From a virus (Duplodnaviria > Caudoviricetes), in IMG/VR virus record IMGVR_UViG_3300013280_000006, positions 18,892 to 82,891 of that record: a stretch of 64,000 nt of DNA. One strand, given 5' to 3'. Under the pieces are notes generated by a model, which worked only from the letters and a program-made list of their open reading frames with translations, did no database searches and was not told the origin of the DNA. Position 1 is the stretch's first letter. Each line of letters begins with the position of its first letter. Shown here in pieces: positions 1 to 7,466 of the stretch. A program made the position numbers and the translations under genes.

Positions 1-4
1 GACG

Positions 5-796
5 ATGGAACAACTTCCTGATTCCTCGTTTGCCTTAGTTCAAAACGATCCAGAGAACCCGGCAGAGAAGATTCGGCTGTATCCAATTCTGGACCCAGAG
101 ACAACAAAGCTTGCTGCTGATAGTCTTTACATGAATCGATTTAACATGCCTCTTGGCTGGAAGAAGCAAGCTGCCACTCGTATTCTTGCAGAGTATGAAA
201 AAATGGCGGCAGATGTACAGCTGTCGCATGCGTTAAGTGAGCCAGTAAGAGACTATCTAGATAGAGCTGCAGGTTGCGGTATCACAACAAGCAAGACTCT
301 TGCAGTTGTGTTGGAGAAAAGAGCGCAGATGCTTGCCGCGAAAAAAATGACCAAGGAAAGTCAGGCTCTGAAAGAAGCTGCAAAGGTTTTGCGTAGTCAG
401 AGAAGTACTCGCACTGTATGCGAAAAGACTGCAGCTTTGTTGGACGAGGTAGACACTCGTACTGGTCTTTATCGCGAATACTCAAGTATGCTCGATCTGC
501 CGGAAGAGGCTTGTCACGCAGTGTTGACCCGACACGCAGTGAACGAATTGGCTAAGTATGTCAAGACAGCAAGCGGATCTACGTATCGCTTAGATGATTT
601 GGTTAAGGCTGCACAAGCATTTCGCGTTAACGACGTCAACGTAGAGAACGATCTTGGAGATGTCGATTTTGAAAAGGTTCGAGAGTTCGCGAAGACGGCT
701 AGCGCAGCCGAAGCAAACAAAGTAGATATCGCGCTGAGCAATCTCGGTATCGAACAAGCAAAACTTCCGTTTGATCTTAATATCTTCACTAAGTAA
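5..796 (+). CDS. Hypothetical protein rich in K-x-A motifs; likely head-associated; may be 5'-truncated by the window edge
   Basis: 263-aa ORF, helical and charged, with repeated KQAA/EKMAA/EKTAA/VKTAS/AKTAS motifs also seen in the head genes; the frame is open to the window edge. Confidence 0.65.
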   Translation: MEQLPDSSFALVQNDPENPAEKIRLYPILDPETTKLAADSLYMNRFNMPLGWKKQAATRILAEYEKMAADVQLSHALSEPVRDYLDRAAGCGITTSKTLAVVLEKRAQMLAAKKMTKESQALKEAAKVLRSQRSTRTVCEKTAALLDEVDTRTGLYREYSSMLDLPEEACHAVLTRHAVNELAKYVKTASGSTYRLDDLVKAAQAFRVNDVNVENDLGDVDFEKVREFAKTASAAEANKVDIALSNLGIEQAKLPFDLNIFTK

Positions 797-798
797 CT

Positions 799-814
799 TT
801 CTCACGCATGAGAA
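799..814. promoter_or_regulatory. Palindrome TTCTCA-CGCA-TGAGAA (candidate operator or 5' RNA hairpin)
   Basis: Inverted repeat in the 27-nt gap before ATG 824; a 14/16 identical copy lies at 41231..41246. Confidence 0.35.
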
Positions 815-823
815 GATCTTACG

Positions 824-1513
824 ATGCTCACCGAAACCCAACGGTCACTTATTCGTCACGTTCTTGAAAATCAAGAAACGTTTACATTTACCATCGCTAC
901 TATTCTGTTAGATAACTATGAAACACAGTGGCTCGATTGGGAGATCGAGACGATCGAAAGAGAGTTGTTTGAAGACTTTGGAGCAAGACTTCAAAAGCAA
1001 AATCGCGACAAGGTTCTTACCGCACAAATTCTTATGACTACTGACCAGTTCTACACAGACTGGCTAGTATTTAATTATGCATGCGAGGTTTTGAACAATG
1101 ACCCAGTGTTTCTTGATATCTTCGATCCAGCAACGCCAGATCAACTTTGCTGGGCTGTGATCGAAGCGGCGCTCTTCGAAAGTAAAGAGTCTGCGCCGGA
1201 GTTTTCTGATGAGGTCAAGAGTTTTGTCGGAGTGAACCTAAGTTACCACGGAATCCACACTCCACCAAAGGTTCTAACGTTTGCAACAATGCCAGATTCG
1301 TCTACCCGTACGTCAGAACTAGAGCCTGACCCAATAATGATTGAGGCGCTGCAAAGACGACAGATCGACAATCACGATAAGCTCGCTGATTATGTAAACA
1401 CTAGAATGGGTGAGTTACTTGCTGAGCTTGAGCGGGTTCCATTGCAGCATAGAGACGACTCGTCATGGAAGCCAATGTACGACAAACTTAGCGGAGCTTT
1501 AGCTACGCTTTAA
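824..1513 (+). CDS. Hypothetical protein
   Basis: 229-aa acidic ORF with ATG start; converges on the minus-strand block. Confidence 0.75.
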   Translation: MLTETQRSLIRHVLENQETFTFTIATILLDNYETQWLDWEIETIERELFEDFGARLQKQNRDKVLTAQILMTTDQFYTDWLVFNYACEVLNNDPVFLDIFDPATPDQLCWAVIEAALFESKESAPEFSDEVKSFVGVNLSYHGIHTPPKVLTFATMPDSSTRTSELEPDPIMIEALQRRQIDNHDKLADYVNTRMGELLAELERVPLQHRDDSSWKPMYDKLSGALATL

Positions 1514-1826
1514 TGTTCGCAATATTTATTGTGGTATCGGTCTTGACCAAAGTATAACTATTTTGAAGATTTACCCAATCCACAAGAAGAGCGGTAAGAT
1601 TTCTAGTAATAGCATTAATAGTGTACGAAGTCACCAAGTTAGATAAGACTATATGTCCATATCCGTTGCTAGCCGCTGAAAACCAACGATAGTCCGGTGC
1701 GTGCAAACTACCCGAAAAATTATACTGTATGTACCTTTTAGACAAGTAAGACAATCGATCAGTAGTCTGTGTTTTAAGTTCTGTGTGAAAATAGATGTTA
1801 AAGATGGGTTTACAAATTTGTCTCAT
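1503..1826 (-). CDS. Hypothetical protein
   Basis: ORF with GGAG Shine-Dalgarno 7 nt upstream of ATG 1826; TAG stop overlaps the end of 824..1513. Confidence 0.5.
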   Translation of the reverse strand: MRQICKPIFNIYFHTELKTQTTDRLSYLSKRYIQYNFSGSLHAPDYRWFSAASNGYGHIVLSNLVTSYTINAITRNLTALLVDWVNLQNSYTLVKTDTTINIANIKA

Positions 1827-1895
1827 TTTCAAGCTCCGATTGTTCGACCCCTAAAAATTTTCAATATCGATTTATAAAGCCGAAGTTAAAAAACC

Positions 1896-1973
1896 GCGCT
1901 TCACTAGATTAGAGGATCGAAGAGTAGGATTATCAAAACCTACGTCTACAAGCCAATAAATCTAGTGAAGCGC
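1896..1973 (-). ncRNA. Long imperfect RNA hairpin (candidate sRNA or processing site)
   Basis: Perfect 15-bp inverted repeat 1896..1910 / 1959..1973 enclosing an inner GTAGG/CCTAC stem; followed by GGTTTTTT on the minus strand; intergenic. Confidence 0.4.
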
Positions 1974-1977
1974 AGTC

Positions 1978-2017
1978 AAACAAAGGCTACCCGGGCACCA
2001 GTAATACCCGGGTAGCC
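1978..2017 (-). terminator. Rho-independent terminator
   Basis: 11-bp perfect stem GGCTACCCGGG/CCCGGGTAGCC then TTTGTTT on the minus strand, 40 nt after the 2057 stop codon. Confidence 0.8.
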
Positions 2018-2056
2018 GCCGAACGTCGTGCACAAGCACAACGCCCAGCCGAGTGT

Positions 2057-2317
2057 TCATTTCTTCTTGGTGGTTTTGTCAGCAGGAGTCTTGGTCTTGG
2101 CGCTGGTCTTGGAGTCGGCCACGGTGGCAGCTGCAGCCTTCGGAAGAGCAGCAGCCGAGACTCGGTGCACAGCATTGCAGACCGTGCAGTACTGTTTCTC
2201 TTCGGTCTTCGCGGCACCGCGTTTTCCGCCGCGCGCCGTGTAGACACGGCGGTTCTTGCCGTAGGTGCGGTCCTGGAACTCGTGCGGTTGGCACGTCTTG
2301 CACTCACGAATCGGCAT
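2057..2317 (-). CDS. Zinc-ribbon-like protein with Lys/Ala/Thr-rich basic tail
   Basis: CKTC...CTVC pairs, C-terminal KTSAKTKTPADKTTKKK, purine-rich RBS (AAAGGGTGA) upstream. Confidence 0.7.
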   Translation of the reverse strand: MPIRECKTCQPHEFQDRTYGKNRRVYTARGGKRGAAKTEEKQYCTVCNAVHRVSAAALPKAAAATVADSKTSAKTKTPADKTTKKK

Positions 2318-2328
2318 CGTTCACCCTT

Positions 2329-2547
2329 TCACGGTTCGTCGCGAAATTCGTACTTTGTATGCAAAGGCAACGTTGCTGCCCGTGCACCAGTAAGCTTTCT
2401 AAAATGATACCAGTAACCTGTCCGTGTCTGTGTTGGACTTTTCCAGTAGATCACTGGATTCCAATTATCCGGAGCCCCAGGTATCCGGATAGGAATCCAC
2501 AAAGCTAATGCAATTTTAAGTACTACTATTGGTAGGGTGGTATTCAT
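2329..2547 (-). CDS. Small Trp-rich hypothetical protein
   Basis: 72-aa ORF whose ATG overlaps an upstream TGA (ATGA coupling). Confidence 0.5.
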   Translation of the reverse strand: MNTTLPIVVLKIALALWIPIRIPGAPDNWNPVIYWKSPTQTRTGYWYHFRKLTGARAATLPLHTKYEFRDEP

Positions 2548-2666
2548 AGCACACCGATTATACTCAGCACAATAATTACAGTAAGTGCAGTGAGTAAACC
2601 TGGCAGAAAACGCGGATGCTCAAATATTGTTGAAATCAGACTTTGTTCTTCGTCTGCTTTCCACAT
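2544..2666 (-). CDS. Small single-pass membrane protein (40 aa)
   Basis: MWKADEEQSLISTIFEHPRFLPGLLTALTVIIVLSIIGVL; ATG begins just after the tRNA 3' end; stop coupled to the next ATG; no Shine-Dalgarno. Confidence 0.35.
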   Translation of the reverse strand: MWKADEEQSLISTIFEHPRFLPGLLTALTVIIVLSIIGVL

Positions 2667-2668
2667 AA

Positions 2669-2752
2669 AGCCAACGGCAGGATTCGAACCTGCGGTGTGC
2701 TCGCGCAACAGCATTACAAAAGCTGCCCTTTCAGCCACTCAGGCACGTTGGC
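2669..2752 (-). tRNA. trnT: tRNA-Thr(UGU) with class II-like long variable arm; CCA not encoded
   Basis: Cloverleaf: acceptor GCCAACG/CGTTGGC, D arm CCT/AGG, anticodon arm CAGCT-TTTGTAA-TGCTG, 15-nt variable region with TGC-GCGA-GCA, T arm GCAGG-TTCGAAT-CCTGC, discriminator U. Confidence 0.85.
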
Positions 2753-2765
2753 TATGGGACCCCTC

Positions 2766-2796
2766 GGCGCTGCTCTACCAGCTGAGCTAAGGCGGC
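2766..2796 (-). pseudogene. Truncated tRNA (5' half, positions 1-31, tRNA-Thr-like)
   Basis: GCCGCCTTAGCTCAGCTGGTAGAGCAGCGCC gives the acceptor 5' strand, a full D arm and the anticodon-stem 5' strand; no anticodon loop, T arm or 3' acceptor strand follows. Confidence 0.75.
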
Positions 2797-2898
2797 TAAG
2801 GAATCTAATGATACTCTACTGCAAACAAGAAAAACATACCCATTATTTGAATAGGTAAAAATTAGTAGAAAATGTCTAAGTCGCGGTAACTAGGTTAA

Positions 2899-2971
2899 CT
2901 GCAGCTTTTCATTAATCGAAACAGTGCCTTTGATTAAAAAGCACCGAGTGACGACTAATAAAAAGCTGTAG
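2899..2971 (-). ncRNA. Long imperfect RNA hairpin upstream of the tRNA locus
   Basis: Outer stem CTACAGCTTTTTATTA/TAATGAAAAGCTGCAG extended by GTCG/CGAT; inner 10-bp stem with G-U pairs that favour the minus strand; intergenic. Confidence 0.4.
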
Positions 2972-2979
2972 GTACAAAG

Positions 2980-3192
2980 TCACGGTTTGATCTGCTGAAT
3001 GTCCTGCAAGATTTTCTGCAGACGAGCTTGGTAGGTTTGCTCGTCTATCGAGAGAGCTCCAGGCTTGGTAGATGCAGAGATGTCCTCTACTAATTCCCCG
3101 ACTTCTCTGGCCCTCTTCAGAAGTTCAGACAAGAGCTCGGTCAGCGAAGCGACCCGCTCTTTCGACGTGTTCAGGTACGTCAAGTCATCCAT
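2980..3192 (-). CDS. Small coiled-coil hypothetical protein
   Basis: Start reassigned to ATG 3192 (AGAAGGAG SD, overlaps the 3185 stop); 70 aa, helical. Confidence 0.65.
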   Translation of the reverse strand: MDDLTYLNTSKERVASLTELLSELLKRAREVGELVEDISASTKPGALSIDEQTYQARLQKILQDIQQIKP

Positions 3193-3463
3193 TTTGCTGC
3201 TCCTTCTGGGCGAGAATGCAAGATCGCACCACGCAGTGTATGTGATGCCAGCTATGTATAGAACCTGTTTCAAGCAGTCGTATATGAGACTCTAGTGCGC
3301 TAAACTCTATTGAAAGCTTGGAGCCCCACCCAACCGGGACCGGCTCTTCCGAGCTAGCGTACTGGAGGTCTTCAATTTTGGACATGATATTAGTCCAAAG
3401 ACCGGCCAGCCTTCTTATGGTTCTAATTCTTCTTTTAGTTGTAGTTCTTCCCTGCCTGGTCAC
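3185..3463 (-). CDS. Hypothetical protein
   Basis: GTG start with GAGG SD; basic N-terminus; tiles between neighbouring genes. Confidence 0.5.
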   Translation of the reverse strand: MTRQGRTTTKRRIRTIRRLAGLWTNIMSKIEDLQYASSEEPVPVGWGSKLSIEFSALESHIRLLETGSIHSWHHIHCVVRSCILAQKEQQNG

Positions 3464-3488
3464 GTTGCCTCATTAATCTACGGAGCGG

Positions 3489-3749
3489 CTAGATTCCCAC
3501 GCAGCAGCCCATCGACCGCGCCATGTTGTCTACATGGAGCCTGCAGTGGCTATCCCCTGAATCACGCAACGTTATTCGTGATATCAGTTCTCCAAACTCC
3601 GTATAGAGTTCGGGTGACGACTCATCCTTCGTCAATCTCTCCTGACTCATGTGCTGAGATTTTCTAGCCATGACCACCGCGTTAATCCAAATCTTGTTCA
3701 GCTTTGTGTACATGATTCTTCTTTTATATCTGTTTCTGTGTTCGGTCAT
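3489..3749 (-). CDS. Hypothetical protein
   Basis: ATG with strong GGAGGT SD. Confidence 0.7.
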   Translation of the reverse strand: MTEHRNRYKRRIMYTKLNKIWINAVVMARKSQHMSQERLTKDESSPELYTEFGELISRITLRDSGDSHCRLHVDNMARSMGCCVGI

Positions 3750-3781
3750 GTTACCTCCGTAATCTACTGGGCTGACTCTCG

Positions 3782-4387
3782 TCAGCTCAGTAGTGTTGTT
3801 GTGGTTTGGAGAGCTCGAACGAGCTCTGTCATGAGACCAGCTACAGCGGAGTCCACGACTTTCGTGCCGGGAGTTGCCTGGTAGAGCAGAAGTGACGCAC
3901 CTTCTGGTACATCCGGATTAAACGCTAGATAACGTTTAGACACCTGAAATTCCGACGTCCCGTTGAGCAGAAACGCCGTATGTTCGTCTAGAGCCGCTCG
4001 TTCATACTGCTCTTTTTTTGCCACTTGAAACATTGTGACTCGTGCGAACACGTCAAGATGCCTCGACTGTGTTTTCGATAGAGCGCCGAGTCTTCCCTCA
4101 AGGATTATGCAGTAGTCTACCAGTGTGGGCCAGAACTCCCAGCTGACGTGGTCTCCTGCTAGTGACAACAGGTAGGCTAACCAGCGCGGCATCAGCTCCT
4201 CTGGGCAGTTGCCTGGACGAGCATGAAGATCTCCGGCCATCGCCGGATACAATCCGATCAGCTGTCGCCCATTTAACCCTACGTCACCCCATCTGCCTCG
4301 TATCAGGCATCCTGTGCTTTTTGCATTAGCTAATGTGAGTAGATTGGTGGTCGGGCGACTAGGTCCCATTGCGGTTCTTTTTGCCAT
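3782..4387 (-). CDS. Hypothetical protein
   Basis: 201-aa ORF with very strong AGGAAGGAGGT SD. Confidence 0.8.
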   Translation of the reverse strand: MAKRTAMGPSRPTTNLLTLANAKSTGCLIRGRWGDVGLNGRQLIGLYPAMAGDLHARPGNCPEELMPRWLAYLLSLAGDHVSWEFWPTLVDYCIILEGRLGALSKTQSRHLDVFARVTMFQVAKKEQYERAALDEHTAFLLNGTSEFQVSKRYLAFNPDVPEGASLLLYQATPGTKVVDSAVAGLMTELVRALQTTTTLLS

Positions 4388-4447
4388 GTTACCTCCTTCC
4401 TAAGAAGTAAGGAACCACAAGCTAATATGACGCAAAAACCGCAATAA

Positions 4448-4747
4448 TTAAGCACTTATTTTTGGGGTTATTCCATGCAGTATACCGCTTATAGATACGC
4501 TAATTGAGTAAATAGGCTCTGCCTTGTTCGTTTCTGCCCAGGTATCCGAGGTATAGTCATAGAGCACACTCCACCCAGTGACCACCACGTATCTATTGTC
4601 TATAAGCATCAGAATAAACCCATGACTGGCTACCTCATCCGGATTAGAGAGGTACCCATCAAACGCATGTTTAACCCTACCACCTACAGCATAGCAATGT
4701 TCAACAACCCCATTGAGGGCCTTTATAAGCACGCTATACAGAACCAC
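4448..4747 (-). CDS. Hypothetical protein (start moved to GTG 4747)
   Basis: The longer ORF 4448..4894 spans a strong terminator; in-frame GTG 4747 has an AAAGAGG SD. Confidence 0.55.
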   Translation of the reverse strand: MVLYSVLIKALNGVVEHCYAVGGRVKHAFDGYLSNPDEVASHGFILMLIDNRYVVVTGWSVLYDYTSDTWAETNKAEPIYSISVSISGILHGITPKISA

Positions 4748-4813
4748 GTAACCGGCCTCTTTAAAGGTTAAAACCGCATCTTGCTCGGGTGGCTCTTCAT
4801 TTAAAGCGTACTT

Positions 4814-4846
4814 AAAAAAAGCGCGGACTTTTCCGAAGTCCGCGCT
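4814..4846 (-). terminator. Rho-independent terminator ending the late operon
   Basis: 11-bp perfect stem AGCGCGGACTT-CGGAA-AAGTCCGCGCT followed by TTTTTT, about 50 nt after the 4896 stop. Confidence 0.85.
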
Positions 4847-4895
4847 CAAGTCGTATAGCAGGTTAGTTAGCTTTACAGTGTCGGTTGGACCCATC

Positions 4896-5447
4896 TTAAA
4901 GCCCTCGGGTTAACTGGAAGACAGACCGATAAATCGTGGCTTTTTCTAGTCCCTTGATTGCGGCAAATGCGGACGGTGGATTAGCGTTAGGTGTTAAGGC
5001 TGAACCGAGCACAATGACCTGAATTCCAGCATCTGGCATATTGAGGGCGTGCCGATAGTTAAAGGCTAACTGTTTGCTTGAGTAGGCGTGAGCCTTCTCG
5101 ACATTCACCGTATCCACGTATACCATGACATTTCCGTTGTCGATATACGCACCGACTTTACATTCTGGATCGTTCGGAATCTGAGATAGAGCTGCTAGGG
5201 TAGCCGGGTCAAGGTTAGGCTTAATTGGTGTGATCTTTACTACGGTTGAGTCCTCTTCGGACAACTCAGGAATGAAGGCATTTTTAGCCTCTTCCTTCAT
5301 CGGTTTCATACTGTCCTGCGTTGGGTTAGCCAGAGGGTTCGGAACTAGCTGGTTGGTGGTCATATCAAGCATAAAATTAGCTGGAGCTAATGGGTTTGGA
5401 ATTGGTTGTCCGCTCATCATATCGGTTGTGAAATTTCCGTCGTACAT
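4896..5447 (-). CDS. Hypothetical protein with short internal repeat (PNPLA twice)
   Basis: 183-aa ORF coupled to the upstream gene. Confidence 0.75.
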   Translation of the reverse strand: MYDGNFTTDMMSGQPIPNPLAPANFMLDMTTNQLVPNPLANPTQDSMKPMKEEAKNAFIPELSEEDSTVVKITPIKPNLDPATLAALSQIPNDPECKVGAYIDNGNVMVYVDTVNVEKAHAYSSKQLAFNYRHALNMPDAGIQVIVLGSALTPNANPPSAFAAIKGLEKATIYRSVFQLTRGL

Positions 5448-5758
5448 CAGATTTCTACCTTTACTAGGGATGTTCCCTGCTTTAAGTAAGTTCTAAACTT
5501 TCGCGTTGTTGGTATATTAAGCAAAGTTTTAAGTTTTTCTATATCAGCCTGCCTCATGTTCATTAGATGGTTCTTGATCTTGGTTGCAACTGTTGCTCTG
5601 TTCGTAACAGCAACCCTGTTACATGTTTGACAGCCTTTGGAGTTTTGTAGGTTTTTGATAACCTCACCAAAATAGCTGAACTCTCCCTGCACTGCCTTAT
5701 TCGAGGCAAGTGAAAGCAAGAACTCCTCGTTAAGAACTATTGGAGAATCTGATGACAT
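5447..5758 (-). CDS. Hypothetical protein with CxxC motif
   Basis: 103-aa ORF with GCQTC; start/stop overlaps with both neighbours. Confidence 0.75.
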   Translation of the reverse strand: MSSDSPIVLNEEFLLSLASNKAVQGEFSYFGEVIKNLQNSKGCQTCNRVAVTNRATVATKIKNHLMNMRQADIEKLKTLLNIPTTRKFRTYLKQGTSLVKVEI

Positions 5759-6198
5759 TAGTTGACTATGACCGTTTCGTCAGTTCCTGTCGCCGCTATC
5801 AGTCGTTTATGGTGTGCGACTAGAGAAGCTACGTCTTTCTGGATCTCATCCCAAATGTACTCAGCCTCGGTTAGTGAGCGAGTATATGCCTCAACTTTAT
5901 GGTATCTGAAGAACGTTCCATTCCAACTAGCGCTTGGAATTCCTTCTGGGATGTCCTGTAAATCATAGGTGGAAGCAACATTAGAGAAAACAGCATAACG
6001 ATCTGTAGTGTTGTCTTCATTTACGTAAGGCTCAATCTGAAATACGAATAGGTTTAAATTCTGACTAGCTGAGGTTTGTGCTGTGATTTCAATGTAGTGC
6101 GAAAATTGTTCGCCAAAACGAGCGTTGCCAGACTGATATTGGTCAGGAATCAACGTCCTGTGAAGTCTAACAAAGGTTACTAGATTCAATGAACTCAT
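5758..6198 (-). CDS. Hypothetical protein
   Basis: 146-aa ORF translationally coupled on both sides. Confidence 0.75.
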   Translation of the reverse strand: MSSLNLVTFVRLHRTLIPDQYQSGNARFGEQFSHYIEITAQTSASQNLNLFVFQIEPYVNEDNTTDRYAVFSNVASTYDLQDIPEGIPSASWNGTFFRYHKVEAYTRSLTEAEYIWDEIQKDVASLVAHHKRLIAATGTDETVIVN

Positions 6199-7466
6199 AT
6201 GAATTTATTTACTCGTACATTCATATCCTGCGACGCGAATTTTACTCGGTATCTGTGAGGTCCATTAATGTCATCTTTACTACGTAATTGTACAGGAAGT
6301 CGCCACGTAACTCCATGTTTTTCATTTACCCCGTGAATCCATTGCACAGGTTCAGCGTAGTAGCCACCTTTGTTATACAGATACTCATCTGTTGCTTTCC
6401 ACGAGCCGTTAATGATCGACTCACCAACCGTGTTCTGCATCATTACTGCAGTATGCCAGTGACCCATGACCTTATAGTGAATAGTTTGATTTTTAGCGCT
6501 GTGAATCGACTGTAGTCTTCTGTTTCGCCTTTCGATACCATACCAAGGAATTCCAGCTACTGCGTTAATGTCGTCCCCGTGTGCGATGTTAAATGTGTAC
6601 CCTTCAATCTCTACGTTTACGCTATAGGAATCTGGAATCAAGAATTCTACGTTGGTTAGTTCACGGCACAACGAAGCTGAGGTCTCTCCTACAAGATAGT
6701 CCAAGTTTCGCAAAGCCTGTGCGTACTCTTTGTACTGGGCTTGCCGCCCGTGGTTACCAGGTACATAAATACACTTAACCTGTTCGAAATGCGAAGCTAA
6801 ATCTCTGATAGCAAGCGCATGCAACTGCCCCACAGCCATAGCATTGGCAAAGTCATTTCTTAGTGTGCTCTCGTTTGTTCCTCCGTGAATGGCTCCGTTC
6901 ACGTGATCACCGTAGAACAAAATCCATAGAGTTGGAAAGTTGTAGTTGTTAAGTGTATTCTTAGCGAAGTCTAAAGTTCTCTGTACGTAGTTCTCAGCTC
7001 GACGCAAAGCAACACTGAGGTTGTAGTTCTCTAGGTTATTCACTCTGTGCGGAAGCACCACCTGATCAGCGTGCTCGTCACTCCAGTGCATCACCAGAGA
7101 TTCGGTATGAGTCTTTCCAGCCGTGCCTAGGTTTAGAGCAGACGGTAGCGCCTTCATGGGCGCGCAGTACTCTGCGGCCACCTCACGAATTGTGTCGACC
7201 GCGTTCTCGTACCGCAGCGTGTTCTTGCGCTGGGCCTCTAGCGACTTGATCTTGCCTTCCTTCTCTAACAGCAGCCGCTCTAGTAGGCGTATATGTGCGT
7301 CTTTGCCTTCAATAGATTCTGGAAATAAATGACTTTTTAAAACTGCAACAGAGCACTTAACTTTGCCAGCAATCAACTTCAGATCAACTTCAGTTGGTTC
7401 ATGACCTAAAGAGGCCACCAATTTTGCAATGTACGACTTGTGTCCCGCAGAAAGTTGGGTGATCAT
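6195..7466 (-). CDS. Calcineurin-like metallophosphoesterase with N-terminal coiled coil
   Basis: All five motifs present: SDEH (DxH), GDHVNG, PGNHG, AHGD, GHWH. Confidence 0.85.
   Translation of the reverse strand: MITQLSAGHKSYIAKLVASLGHEPTEVDLKLIAGKVKCSVAVLKSHLFPESIEGKDAHIRLLERLLLEKEGKIKSLEAQRKNTLRYENAVDTIREVAAEYCAPMKALPSALNLGTAGKTHTESLVMHWSDEHADQVVLPHRVNNLENYNLSVALRRAENYVQRTLDFAKNTLNNYNFPTLWILFYGDHVNGAIHGGTNESTLRNDFANAMAVGQLHALAIRDLASHFEQVKCIYVPGNHGRQAQYKEYAQALRNLDYLVGETSASLCRELTNVEFLIPDSYSVNVEIEGYTFNIAHGDDINAVAGIPWYGIERRNRRLQSIHSAKNQTIHYKVMGHWHTAVMMQNTVGESIINGSWKATDEYLYNKGGYYAEPVQWIHGVNEKHGVTWRLPVQLRSKDDINGPHRYRVKFASQDMNVRVNKFI

Noticed and set aside
1987-2508. Overlapping alternative ORFs around the zinc-ribbon gene
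   Set aside because: They run through the terminator or are antisense, in a GC-rich patch; 2057..2317 has the RBS and coherent motifs.
2714-2720. Reading the tRNA as Tyr(GUA) because of its long variable arm
   Set aside because: Stem pairing places UGU, not GUA, at positions 34-36; the GUA register breaks the anticodon stem.
2544-2738. 64-aa ORF as listed
   Set aside because: Its first 24 codons overlap the tRNA; only the part from ATG 2666 is plausible.
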